A stretch of 64,000 bases of DNA from Lama glama (Eukaryota): contig CM052818.1 in NCBI GenBank assembly GCA_028534125.1, positions 19,470,001 through 19,534,000 of the forward strand, written 5' to 3'. The notes beneath the pieces were generated by a model that was given only the letters and a program-made list of their open reading frames with translations, was not told where the DNA came from and searched no databases. Every line of letters begins with the position of its first letter. Position 1 is the first letter of the stretch. The translations under genes and the position numbers were made by a program. This document shows, piece after piece, positions 1 through 12,234 of this stretch.

Positions 1-168
1 GCTTGAAAACTGTTGGATTTGGCAACTGGATCACTGACTAGGAAGTGTAATTTTAACTGAAAGGTATGTGCACATGTTGGATTAAGATGGTTCTAAGAAA
101 GTACGGGAAGTGACAAAAGAATTGAGTCCACGTTACTCTTCAAAGTTTGTGAAAGGAAGCAGAAACTC

Positions 169-377
169 CATGGTGTAGTGGACAGTGAGGTATGGAGTCA
201 TATCTGGATTTGGACTCTGGCTCTGCCACTGCTGTGCGATTCAGTCAGCTGTACTAAACTGTCCAAGGAAGCCTGTTCCCTCATTCATAAAGTGGGATTA
301 ATACCTACTTCCCAGGGTTGTTTGAGGATTTAATATATGTGAAATATCTGGAACACAGGAGATACTCCATAAAATGG
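169..377 (+). mobile_element. MIR SINE
   Basis: MIR core-like sequence (ctctgccact...ctcattcataaagtggga...cagggttgtttgaggatt). Confidence 0.7.
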
Positions 378-679
378 AACTGGTAAGGTTGAGAGGATGG
401 TTTGTTCTTAAAGATGGGAATGTTGATAGTTAAAGAAGCTACAGCCAAGAGAGGTTGAAAATGAAAAGGGTCTACAGATGGTAAAGGTTGGTCCGTGATT
501 TCACAGCCTGTTGGGTCTAGTGCTCACTCCACTTCTCAAAGAGAAGTGACAGTCCCAGAATTTCCATGTGGAGGAATTTTAGAAACAATCTTAGAGGGGA
601 AAGAGGGTGGGAAGAGAGAAATTTGGGAGTTTGAGATTTGTGAATGTTAGCCACTATATGTAAAAGTGGATTTTTAAAA

Positions 680-830
680 ATTTCTTATGTATAGCACAGG
701 GAGCTATTCAATATCTTGTAATAGCCTGTAATGAAAAAGAATATGAAAACAAATATATGCATGAATGGGACATTGTGCTGCACACCAGAAATTGACACAT
801 TGTAACTGACTCTACTTCAATTTAAAAAAA
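680..830 (+). mobile_element. L1 3' terminal fragment
   Basis: tatagcacagggagctattcaatatcttgtaata...cacattgtaactgactctacttcaatttaaaaaaa, typical of laurasiatherian L1 3' ends. Confidence 0.8.
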
Positions 831-1059
831 CAATTAGAAATAATCTGAGAAAGTGGTGTTAAGGCCGACTTTTGCCTTAAATCTAAGTATGCTTACCAAG
901 CATGTTGTCTCCTTGCCTGGGGTATGGGATGGAAGTGATTTGGGGAAAGGCCTGATGGAGAGAGCCCATGGGACGTTTTAGCCCTTATAAGCCTCCCTTG
1001 GCTCACATACTTACCCCAGGGCTGTCTGGTGACTCCAGAACCCTGTAGATTTTCTTAGC

Positions 1060-1330
1060 ACGCGTGTGCTTAGCAGTCTCCAGCGATGTCCTTGGTGCGA
1101 GGCTTCTCGCGGGCCCTCCGAATGTGTGCCCGCCTCCCTTCCCCCACCACTGGAGACAAATCTGGCGGGCCCTCTGCGCACGCTCGGGAGCTGGCGGCCC
1201 GAGGCGCCTTCTGGCAACCGGACGCCAGCCTCGGCCTAGAGAGCGACGAGACGCCATGGACAAACGAATCATCACCGTCACCTCCACTGCAGTAAGGGAA
1301 GACGTGAGCCGTGACGGTTGTGGTTCCTTG
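1060..1330 (+). promoter_or_regulatory. STPG4: CpG-rich promoter/5'UTR region of STPG4
   Basis: Local cluster of CpGs in otherwise CpG-poor, AT-rich DNA, directly around ATG 1256. RFX half-site-like CTGGCAAC at 1211-1218. TSS not determinable. Confidence 0.7.
1256..1303 (+). CDS. STPG4: STPG4 exon 1 (MDKRIITVTSTAVRED)
   Basis: Strong Kozak context (gccATGG). Resembles the recalled human N-terminus MDQPAVATASTSIRED. Phase-0 donor GAC|GTGAGC at 1304; alternative donor GCA|GTAAGG at 1292. Confidence 0.7.
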
Positions 1331-3182
1331 ACCCTGGGACCGCCTTCCTCCCTGAACATTACCCTCCACCTCCAACCCCAACACCGTTCCTGTCACCTGG
1401 TTCCTCCCCCCAAAATCCCACCTCTCTCTAATCCCGGCCCCGTTCACCTCTCTGGGTCTTCCTTTCTCTCCCGGCCCTCACAGCTACACCTGCAGTCTTT
1501 TCCTGATCCGTATTTGAGCGCCACTTCGTTTTCTTTCCTCTTCCTTCGTTCTCCCTTATCCTTCCCATTTGCTCTTTCTTTCCTTCCTACTACTTACTAA
1601 TCGCGCTGGACAACGGCCATAATAGGATTATCAGATTTCTTTCATTTTCCCCTCTGTCTGCCAAGAGAGTTTCTCTTTCTTTAGTCTATTGGACACATTT
1701 TTGCTCTGCTTCCTATTCTAGTGTGTATAAAAATATTTCAAACTACCGTTCTTTTAATTTTTAAATAAATTTGGGCAAGGGATGTTTAGCTTATTTTGTA
1801 TAAAGTGATTCATCCCTACAGAGAATGTGAAGTGGGAGATAGGTAAAGTTTAGATCACCTGTCTTGGGCAAAACAAAACAGCAGTTGCCTGTTACCTTCC
1901 TTTAGATGCTACATGTTTACTTCTCCTTCTTTCCAGCTCATTTCCTTGGCCCCAGGTAGAGGTGGAGACCTGTCTTGACCTGCCTGAAAAAGTTTGATTT
2001 CTGTGACTATAAATGTGCAACAACACATTTAGAGAAGATTCAACATAAATTTAATAAAGGGAATGTATAGGAAGAAATTCAGACTTAGCAGTGTGTATGA
2101 AACAGTGCTTTTTTTAGAGAAATGCATGTATTGCATAGTAAAACTAAAGCCCAGGGGTACTTATAAGTAAAGTGGATATAAGTTGCTAGACAGGGAGGGT
2201 GAATTATATCAATTTACTGATTAGTTTCTTATTTTTAATGTCTTATTGCTTGAGATAACCTATATTTTGTAGTAATAACTCTGAATTAAACTAGAACTCT
2301 GTATTTTCATGATTTTACCCAGTGGAAATAGCCCCCAAAGAAAAAGCTAAAATAACTGTGTTTGTTGACAGTGAGGCTGAAACAAATGTGGGAATAATAA
2401 ATAGTTACTATGGAAGACAAGATCGTCTTTGGAAACTGAGGAATATCAAAATAATCTGCTTCTTAACTTGGCAGATGAGATGTTAAAAATAAAAGCTACC
2501 TTTTACTGAACCCTGGTTATGTGTATAGGTCTTTATGATGCCTTGTTCTCATGCCAACCCTGGTGCCTTCATTTTGTACTCCCAAGAGGAAGCTGAGATT
2601 CTCAAGGGTTAACTTGGCTAGCGCTCCTAACTAGTGGCCAAGCTGGAGTTTAAGCCCAAGTCTGTCTGGCTCCTCCATCATTCTGCCTCTTCAGGTCACA
2701 GTTGGCTCATGTGATGCATATTGGATAGCATATATAAATCCAAGAAATGGCAGTTGTCAACATTTGCCATATCACCATAGCACATTAATTTGATGGCTCT
2801 ACATTTTTACCTTGAGCTCCCTGAGCCATAAATGTAAATAACAATTATACTAATACAATTTTGGGTTGACAGAACTCTTCTTCCTAACAGCACCAGATTT
2901 TGTCACCGCTAATTATTCTGATGACATCTCTATGAGATAGGGGTGTTTATTACTCTAATTTGCCCAAAGGGTATATAGATAATTAAAAAGCACTTAAGAT
3001 CATAAAATAGCAATTTAAGGAAATGTCACAGGCAAAATTTATCATTATGTAGCTTTTATTTTAATTCAGGCTGACCAGTTTGGGGCAGGTATTAATTTCT
3101 TCAAGTAAATGTTTTATAAGTGATATGTAACTTCCAGAGATCATTTCTCAAATGAATAAGCACATTTTATGTTTGTTAATAG

Positions 3183-3242
3183 AAACCAACTCAGAAGACA
3201 TCATCTTTTGAGAGAGAAGGATGGTGGAGGACAGCATTAACA
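3183..3242 (+). CDS. STPG4: STPG4 exon 2 (KPTQKTSSFEREGWWRTALT)
   Basis: AG at 3181-3182, GTATGT at 3243, 60 nt, phase 0/0. Matches the recalled STPG4 segment TSSFEREGWWR. Confidence 0.92.
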
Positions 3243-4378
3243 GTATGTGTATTTTTATTCTTTGCTATTCAAATTGTTCTTATTCCTATTAGTATTTTAA
3301 TCAGCCTTACCTTTTAAGTCAGTAACACTTAGCTGTAAGATAACAACCGTCGTTGAAGTCTGCATAGGCCTCATTTCATGCTTACAATTTTAGTATCAGT
3401 ATATGACTGAGGAACTAACTTTAAATTTTGAATGCAGTAAAAGCTTAGAAGTAAAACAGCTCTAGGAATCTAGGTGTCTTAGAGAATATCTTGATAAAGT
3501 CAACCTAGCTTATGATCTTGATGAGACTATACAAGGACAAAAAAGCATGCTTTCAGGAACGGCGTTTGGTTTCGGTTTTTATCTTACTTAGATGATATAG
3601 AGCCTACGATAGCTTTTGTTAACATGGTCAACATTCGAAGGCAAGTTGGTTATTTATGAAAGAATAATGACTGATCCCTCTCTAAAGGACATTGTTTCTA
3701 TAAGGCAGAAATATTTTCTATCTACGCCCTTCTATAACAGGAGCCCCAAGGGCCAAAGCCTTCTTGGCATTGAATTAATTTTAATGGTGAAACCGAGCTG
3801 AGTGCTCAGTGGAAAGATGGCTACAAAAGCAGCAGTGACTCAGCTATCAGGTCTGGCCATTCAGTTGCATTGTGGTTATGATTTGAAAGTACCAAACCTC
3901 TTATAGGACTAACTAGACCATACGCTCTGCTAATTCATCCTCAGTCTTGTGTTATTATCTTGTAGCTTCCCACCTGAGGGCTAGAGAGAAACCCGCAGTA
4001 TCTACTAAGCAGAAGTAGAATAACTTCTTCTGCTTAGTCACGAAACTTATCCTGAGGGGTCTCAGAAGAGGCCTGAAATTCATAGTCAAATTGAATCTCA
4101 AGCTTAAGTTATCTCTGAAGTTACTTTTTAAAAAGTTATAACTTCAAATGGCCATACCTCTTTCGCTATAATTTAGCAATTGTCTCAGAAAGGAAATAAA
4201 CAATTGTGATTGTCTTGAAATATTGTTCTGTCAAGAGTGTTTACTCTATTTGATAGAATTTTATTACACTATAGAACAAAGAGAAATGTTACTTAAGAGT
4301 GACCTTTCCAAGAATGATGCTTTAAGAGATGATACCTGTTTATACACTGACCTGAAAAATGATGTCAATTCTTCACAG

Positions 4379-4636
4379 AAAACCCCTAACCCTGGAACTT
4401 ACCACTTGAAAACTTTTATTGAAGAATCTCTATTAAATCCAGTGATACCAACCTATAGTTTTAAAAATGAAGGAAGGAAGAAACCATCTCTTGTGCAAAG
4501 AAATGATCCAGTACCAAATGACCTCCCTCAGTACATGCCTCCTGACTTCTTGGACTTGTTAAATAAGCGAATGGCCACTTACTCGTTTAAAGCCAAACCA
4601 CGGTCAAGCGCCAGCACACTGGTTTGCAGAGATCAG
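4379..4636 (+). CDS. STPG4: STPG4 exon 3 ([21 protein letters not shown]...STLVCRDQ)
   Basis: ttcacAG acceptor, CAG|GTAAGG donor, 258 nt. Lies within ORF 4223-4738 and contains a PGxY repeat. Confidence 0.95.
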
Positions 4637-6934
4637 GTAAGGCACTACCAGAAGGTGGCTTTGGGTGGGAAAGATACCAAGAGGCCCTGGGGGAAATATT
4701 CTATATGCTTAGAGAGTATTTTCCCTAGGAGAAATTGAAAACCTGTAGGAGGCCTTATTTCCTACAGAAATGGAACAAAGGGCTGCCTCATTTACAAATA
4801 TGTCCAGCAAGATTTTTCCCTGTGAGACCTCCTTAACCTAAAGCGAATACATGGGCAAAAAAATTTTTTCCCCTCTCTGGGGACTCCTGGCAGGATTCCC
4901 CCAGCTTGGGGTCTTACCTGTGATGGGGCCATGCTTCTGGTCTCTTTAAGCAGTTTATTTGGTACTTTTAAAGAGAAAACTCAGCCTTTCAGTGAGTAGT
5001 TAAGTACCCTTATTAGAGCGTGAGTATAACTATATACCATTGAGAAGCTTTTTCAAGAATTTCTTGTAGAAATGAGCACTGTGGTCCAGGAGAGTGAGAC
5101 TGTACCTCCAGTCTATGTGTGACATTGAGAACATAGAGCCCTGCTGGGCTTACAGCCCTGGGCCAGGCTCTGTGGAGGGAAGGCGTTCCTGACTTGGAAA
5201 TATTGAAGTAACAATTCAAGAGCAAATAGATCAAGTGCTGAGATAAATAATGTAGCAGGAACTGCCAGAGGAGAGCTCAGGGTGGGCGGGACTGAAAGGC
5301 TAGAAGGCTCCTTGGATTGAGTAGGACTCAAGCTGCTTGGATGATTATAACATCCATGTGGCTCTTCATAGTTTACCGTCAGCTTCCCCCATATTCTCCT
5401 GCTTATTCTTTCCACGCATTCTGAAATAGACAAAAAACGGATATTTTCCCTATTTTCCGATGAGTAAACTGAGGTGAATAGAGTCAGTAACTGGTTCAGA
5501 GGCACATAGCCAATAAACAGGTGAGGCAATACTTTTAACTAGGGCTTCTGAGCCCAAATTTGGTGCTCTTTCCAGTCTCCCTTGTGCCTCTGACCTTGAA
5601 TGAGGGACAGGGTTTCAGTGGGTGGAGACCAAGGGTGGATTTCAAGGGAAGGGCAGAGCACTGTCCCTGCTCAAAGGCCAGAGTTGGAACTTGGGCTTTG
5701 TTATTTGAGGCCTTGGGCCTTAATATCTTCCATTTATAAAGGAACTAGCAATAATATCAATCTTCACAACCTTATCAGAATAATCTGGTGATAACCTGAG
5801 AAGCTGCATTGCCTCTGGAGGTTGAGTTAAATAGAAGGGGTTGGGATTATTAGGATGGACAAGAAATCTTCAGCAGAATGAGCATATGTTGGATCCAACC
5901 CGTGAACCCTTCCTATGGCTTTGCAAATTACGGCTTTGAAGCAGAACAGAATGGTAAATGTTCATTGGGTAAATCTTATCCTGTCTGCTTCAGTGGCTGA
6001 ATACAAGCACTAAATTATACTTAGACTTTTATGGCTTGGTGTCAGGTAGCCAGGCGACGTATGAAACCATTCTGGCAATGCAAAATCATTCTGCCTCAGC
6101 CTCTGCCACTTTCCTTCCCTCCTGCTTTCTCTCTTCTGGCTTTGAGGGGTTTCTGAGGGTAGGCCAAGGCCCACTGTTGAAAGGAGAAAACATAGACAGT
6201 TGGTATTAGGCAACATTTAAAGCTTTAGAAAACCAAAAGAATTTGACTTACCCAGAGGGGTGGATAAGATCTTCTGAAGACATACTTTTCCTGTTTCTTT
6301 TCTTTCTCCTCTCTCTCTTCACTTCCCATGAAAATTGGAGCTCCAGAAACTGGAAGAATTAAATGTTTTCCTAATTTTCTATTTCAAAGGTACATGATAA
6401 CATGTTCACAAGAGGAGAGAGATTCAGATGTAACACTTTTACTCACCAATAAAACCATTATCCTGTTTTTTTGATAGCAGAACTTAGTAAAATAATAATT
6501 TGAATTTTGCGTAGATACAGTTTATGTTTCATGTTGTTTATTAAGATAGAACAACATTCTGTAGCTCCCCAATTTTTAATAGAATATTTACATTATACCT
6601 CGTTAGTGCTACTCTTTATTTGTAAGAAAGTTCTTACTATTTTTAACATCTTTATTCTGAAGCATGTAACTCAACTGGAGAATCTGTATCAAAGAATCTT
6701 ATCATATATATATATAAATGTGCACGTGCGCGTGTGTGTGTATGTATGTATTTAAATGTGTGGCTTTTTCCAAACAGTGTTTGATATGGACCTACACTTT
6801 TTACAGTTAATTTTTTCTTATCAGAGAAATAATATATTTTTATTTTAGAACATATGTGCAAAAGGGGGGCCATCTCTCTCCGTTGTGTAGTTTTATGACC
6901 TGCTTTTTCTCCGGGGTTAGAATCCTCCACTAAC

Positions 6935-8410
6935 CCCTGGGTTACTCCACCTTATTTCTGGAAGATTTTAGCTCCCTTTGCTCCCTGTCACTCTTTGCAC
7001 TACTGCCGTCATAATTTCAGTACACACATAGTGATGATTTTCCAACCTCTGGCTTCTCAGTTTCATAAACTCTCCTCTACTTCAATCACTCACGCCTTAG
7101 GTTTTTTCCAACACCAATCATTGCAACCCTCATAATCTCAGCTGCATGCATCCCACTCTGATCACTCTCTCCTAATCACCCTCCCTCACTCACTCTAGTA
7201 TCCCAGCCTCAGCAGTTTTCCCATTCCCCCCAGTCTACAATCCATTGATCCTACTGTTGCCTGAAAACTGGGTTCGCCTCTTGGTGGGTGTCAATCCAAA
7301 GACCAAGTCACAATCAGGAAAAGGAAGGGTTTATTGCTTGCTACAAGTAAGGAGAACATAAATCTCTTGCCCAAAGTAGTGTCTCCCCCACAGCAAAACT
7401 GGGGAAGTTTTAAGCTGAGGGTATATGCATATTCATGAAGGAGCTTGAGCAGAGGAGAATTCAGCATAGAATTGGAGCCAAGACTGAAGGAGTCCAAGCT
7501 TTAGCTGACTGAAGTCAGGAGGGCCAGCATTGTCATTCCAACCTCCACCTGGGTGGGCACCTTAGTTCCTGCAGAACTCAAAGACTGTATCAGATTTGTT
7601 ACTTATATCCCTTGAGGAGGAGCTGGGACTCTTTTATCACTGAACTGTTGTTTCTTGACTGCTTTTCCTTTGTTCTGCATTCCCTCACTTTAAGATCATT
7701 AATTACAGAGACCTATTCAAGGACAAGCACTGTGGTCAGACTTAGATCACAAAATGACTTAGGCCAAAATGGCTTCTCTTATGTCAAGAAAGCCATGCCT
7801 GGTTCTCTTTCTCCAGGGACCCCCCTACCCTATCTGCTTACACTATTACCTTTTCTCTGCCTCTCAACTTTCTGATGTATTCTTACTTTCAAAGCTTAAG
7901 TTCCATAGTTAATCATTAGAGTTACTCCCTACACACACCCTCCACTCCATGGCCCCTGGTGGCTTATTTTACTTGTTTGGCAAAGCCACAATCCTGGTTA
8001 AATCTCTCTGCGAACTTTGTACCTGTAGCTGAATGACAGTCTCGTTTTAAATTCTTCACCTCCCATAGGCGCTGAATGGAATTCCCTAGTCTGTTTACTC
8101 TCCCACTGTCCTGGGTGGCTTTATCTCACATCTTCCTAACCCCCTGCTACCTCCTCCTCAATCCTCATTGTTGTTTTCTCTTCTCAGCCTTTTGGCCAGT
8201 TCAGCCCTTCCTCCCTGTCCCTTTCAGTCCCCCAGGCACACACACCTCTGCCCTATCTGCACTTATTCCCCACTGATCTCATTCAGTCTCAAGGCTTTGA
8301 ACACCATTTATTTGTTCATGATTTCCAAATACACATCTCCTGCCCAGACTACTCTGTTGAGCTCCAGACTTGTATATCCAACTGCCTTTTTTGACTTCTC
8401 CATTTTATGT
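6935..8410 (+). mobile_element. L2 LINE remnant, interrupted by a solo LTR
   Basis: Pyrimidine-rich L2-like sequence, including atgatttccaaatacacatctcc...gagctccagacttgtatatccaactgcc. Continues across the LTR. Confidence 0.65.
7255..7842 (-). mobile_element. Solo ERV LTR (588 bp)
   Basis: TG...CA termini, near-TSD CTAC/CTAT, AATAAA on the - strand near 7330. Splits the L2 cleanly. Confidence 0.75.
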
Positions 8411-8416
8411 TGAATT

Positions 8417-8638
8417 CAGGATTTCTCACCCTTGGTGCTATGGACTTTTTGGACAGGATAATTCTTTGTGGTGGGGGCTGTTCTGTGCTTTGTAGGATGT
8501 TTAGCAGCATTTCTGGATTAGTGATCCCGCCTCCCAGTTGTTAACAACCAAAACTCTCTTCAGACATTGCACAAATGTCTCCCGGGGAAGAGGGGAGCCA
8601 AAAACAAACAAATGACCACTCCTGGTTGAGAACCTCTG
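8417..8638 (-). mobile_element. MER20 (hAT-Charlie) non-autonomous DNA transposon
   Basis: Reverse complement matches the recalled MER20 consensus. TIR-like ends caggatttctca / tgagaacctctg. Confidence 0.8.
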
Positions 8639-9429
8639 GGTTCAGTCTTTGTGATAGTGGGTATGACCTCTGAGTGGTTGTTCTCAGGGTCAACAGGTTG
8701 ATGGTGAACTGGCTTAATTTGTGACCTCATTGCTTAACATTTCCCCTCACTCTTCTTGCCTCACTGGTCTCCTCCTTGCTGCATCTTGAATTTGCTATTC
8801 CCACTCCCACTTCAGGGTCTTTGCGCTGGGTTTTCCTTCACCTGGAATGCTCTTACCCCAGGAATCTGTGTGGCTTACTCCCTGTCCTTCAAGTCTTCAT
8901 TAGAGAGCTAGATAATGGTACATCCATACAATGGCATACTGTGCTACCAATAAAAATAATGAGATGTATCTACATATGTTGGTTTGGAAGCATCTCCAAG
9001 GCATATTAATAAATGAAAAAACTCAAGGAACAGACCAATATTTATAGCATAATCTCATTCATATAAATGAAAACAAATATATACATGATGTTAAATGGAT
9101 CCTTTTTTTCTTGAGAGAGATTTATGCAATCATTAACAATGGTTTCCATTTGGGAAGTGGGAGTTAGGTAGGGGACAAGGAGACTTACCCTTAATTTTTT
9201 TTCTTTCTACAGATTTTGACTTGTTTTCAGTGTGGAAGTAATATTCTTTCCTATCTCATGTGTAAAGAACTCGAAATTTTTTCCAACTGATATTTTTTTC
9301 TCTTATTTTATTTCTTTTTAGTTTCCATTTTAAACCTTCCCCTTTTCACTTCCCAGATTGGGGACATTTCAGTGAAAATCACAATTAGACCAATTTAAAA
9401 TTGCCTCAAATTTCTGTCCAGCTTAGCTT

Positions 9430-10760
9430 TAGTATTGCCTTAGATGACATGCATGTGAATGGAGACAAATGTGGCAATTCTGCCTCCCCCACCTCTCAAT
9501 ATCTGTTTTAGGTCAAAAGGAGGTAGCCAGGCTGGAAAGGCGCCCCTAGTAACTCAGAGAATGAATCCAAGGATCAATTACAATATATTCAAAAGACATC
9601 CTTGAACAACTGATTGGGAAACGGAGGTTGAGAAAATCTGGCCGTTTCAGTGATTTTTGTTAGCTGTGTTCATAGCTATGATCATGATATCTCTGAAGAC
9701 ATGTTAATTTGCAGAGTGCTCTGTGGTAAAGTAACAGCTGAAGGAATTTTCAGCAGGACGGTTTTTCATTGAGCAAAGTACCAACAGAGAGAAACTTTGT
9801 GCCCAAGGCGGGGCTGGCAGGTGATACTGCAAGGAACCCAAGACTTAAGTGCTGGGATGATGAAGAGCAAAATATAGATAAGATGGAATGATTCATTGTG
9901 CATTTATTTGTTTGTTTGTTTGTTTGTTTATTCTGTTTTTTAACATTTTTTATGGAGTTATAGTCATTTTACAATGTTGTGTCAAATTCCAGTATAGAGT
10001 ACAATTTTTCAGTTATACATGAACATACATATACTTATTGTCATATTTTTTTCACTATGAGCTACCACAATGTCTTGTATATATTTCCCTGTGCTATACA
10101 GTATAATTTTGTTTATCTATTCTACATTTTGAAATCCCAGTCTGTCCCTTCCCACCCTGTATTGTGCATTTAAATGCAAAAAAAAATGATGCTCAAAGTT
10201 GGCTCATTTAAGTGAGTATTATTTGAGGCTGAACTCTCAAAGAGTAACTGCAAGGCAAAGCACTGATTGTCACATGCAAATCTGTCAAGAGAGTGGCAAA
10301 TGAAAATAAATTTTGAAAGATGGATACAGAAGACTTGTCTCAGGGACTGGGACTCACATAATTCTTAGTTCACCTGGAGCTGATGAAAATTACAGAGTGC
10401 TAATAAAATTAAGAACAATATCGTTGGTATCATTAGGCAAGCTTCTTCTTGAGAAAGGCCTACGTTGTCTGTTTCTGAGACCATAAGAAGTCTGCATGGT
10501 GAGTTAGTTCCATGTGAAGCAAGAGACTATTTCTCAGAGAGAAGATACACTTGATGAAATTTCTACCAGTAGTGCCTGAAAATTCTGGACCTGCCAGCCT
10601 TTTGGCTGCATTCACCTAGCGATTATTCTAATAGGACTACTAAAGGACTGAAAAATCTGTTTCCTTCTGTCTTGCCTACTTATGGATCTGGGTTCTCAAA
10701 ATATTGTCAAACCAAGAGCCTAATGAGTAGGTGTGGATGTTTTTTTCACTTATTCCAGTC
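9430..10760 (+). mobile_element. Decayed hAT (Charlie/Buster-like) transposase fossil
   Basis: Manual translation gives DILEQLIGK..RKSGRF (from 9595), VIFVSCVHSYDHDISEDMLICRVLCGKVTAEGIF (9650-9751), IHC (from 9891) and LPAFWLHSPSDYSNRTTKGLKNLFPSVLPTYGSGFSKYCQTK (from 10591, hATC dimerisation-like). Motif order is correct; stops and frameshifts lie between them. Boundaries approximate. Confidence 0.72.
9907..10160 (-). mobile_element. 5'-truncated L1 3' end inserted in the hAT fossil
   Basis: L1 3'UTR-like sequence with a (TTTG)n tail. Perfect 12-bp TSD ATTGTGCATTTA at 9895-9906 and 10161-10172. Confidence 0.85.
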
Positions 10761-10964
10761 TTCTGACCTTGATGGAGTTGGTACAACATAGCTGAATTAA
10801 GTATCCACACTAGTATCATCCTGTCAATTTTTTATGACTCCAAGCTACTGCAGAATTTCTGAGGGCTTACTCAACATGGATTGAAACATTAATTACTAGA
10901 ATCAGCTATTTATATGGGTACATTGTCTAGATTCTCTAAGCCTTACATTACAAATGAAGAACTA

Positions 10965-11082
10965 GTGCTCGCTTCAGCAGCACATATACTAAAATTGGAA
11001 CAATACAGAGACGATTAGCATGGCCCCTGTGCAAGGATGACATGCAAATTCATGAAGCATTTCATATTTAAAAAAAAAAAAA
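10965..11082 (+). pseudogene. Processed U6 snRNA pseudogene with poly(A) tail
   Basis: Near full-length match to U6 (GTGCTCGCTTC...CATATTT) with about 8 substitutions, mostly CpG decay. A13 tail. Imperfect TSD aaatgaagaacta / aaaagaagaaata. Confidence 0.92.
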
Positions 11083-12234
11083 GAAGAAATAGGAAGCATT
11101 TAGGAATTAAGGAAAAAATATATATATACTGTATGTATGTGTGTATATGTATATATACAGACACATTATTTTTGACACGTTATTATTTATATACACACAT
11201 ATATGTTCCTTGAGATCCAAGGATGATGGAGCCACCCAGGTAGTTTGTGACGAGTTCAGCTTTGCACAGAGAAGCAATCTCTTAGTCATTTAGGCAGCTG
11301 GCTGCTCAACGCTCTGGAAGAAAAGTCAGACCTCTCTCAGCTATATTAAGGAGCAAAGAACGGCCAATGCCAAGTGAAGCAGGACAGACAGGGGCTACAG
11401 GTAACCAATATTCCTCTCTAGACAAATGCTGTCTAAGAGTTTGTCCATGATTGCTTCAGTTAAAAATCTTATGCGATTACTGAGTATAGACGAATAAACA
11501 GCTGCTTTAAGGGATTTTTTTTTCTTTTCACTTTTCAGTTACCTTTCTTCTCTTTCCTCCTGTGTACATGTGTATATGTGCCTTGGGGGAAGGCACACGT
11601 ATGAGTAGAGAGCAAGGAGCATAAAGCACACAGGCACAGAGTAAAGTAAGTAGAAAGCAAACCCCCATGTAATCGTCACCAAAATCAAAAAAGGCCCCCT
11701 GCTTAAAATACATTTCTGTGCTCCCATGGTGTAATAACAGTAATAATAATAAAAAATACCCGTGTTTCCTTGGTGTTTATTATGTCAAGTGAGCAATTAA
11801 CAAGGCCCAGGTGCATCAGGACATTGTGTGTATCTCATCATAAAATTTGTATTTACTGTTATTATCGCTGAATCCACGAAAAAGCTGCCTCTGCAATCAG
11901 AATTGTTTATTAATGTGTGAAAGGCAGCTGCAGGGTGAAATATAATAGCTGAGTTTCCACATGGCAGACAATGCCAGGCGATGGATGCCTCATTTCCAAC
12001 AAAGGCAGTATTGTATTTTTAAATCTGATTTTAAAATAATAAGTGCTGGGGGAAGAGATTGTCCATTTCTGGGAGGGTTCTCAGGATTTTGTAATACAAC
12101 TCCTCCCCACCAGCTCCCTGAATGTAGGAAGTTGTGGAGGTGCGGTCAGGTCAGTCTTCCCCTGGCTTCTCACTCTCTTTCCCCCCAACCCTCCCTTCCT
12201 TCACCTGTCCCACTCTCTGTGTTTAGACACTCCA

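Noticed and set aside
1064..1600. 178-aa single-exon protein at the STPG4 5' end
   Set aside because: Only 1256-1303 resembles STPG4. The rest is GC-rich UTR and pyrimidine-rich intron read-through.
4223..4738. Standalone 171-aa gene
   Set aside because: It is STPG4 exon 3 with open intronic flanks. Splice sites bound it at 4379-4636.
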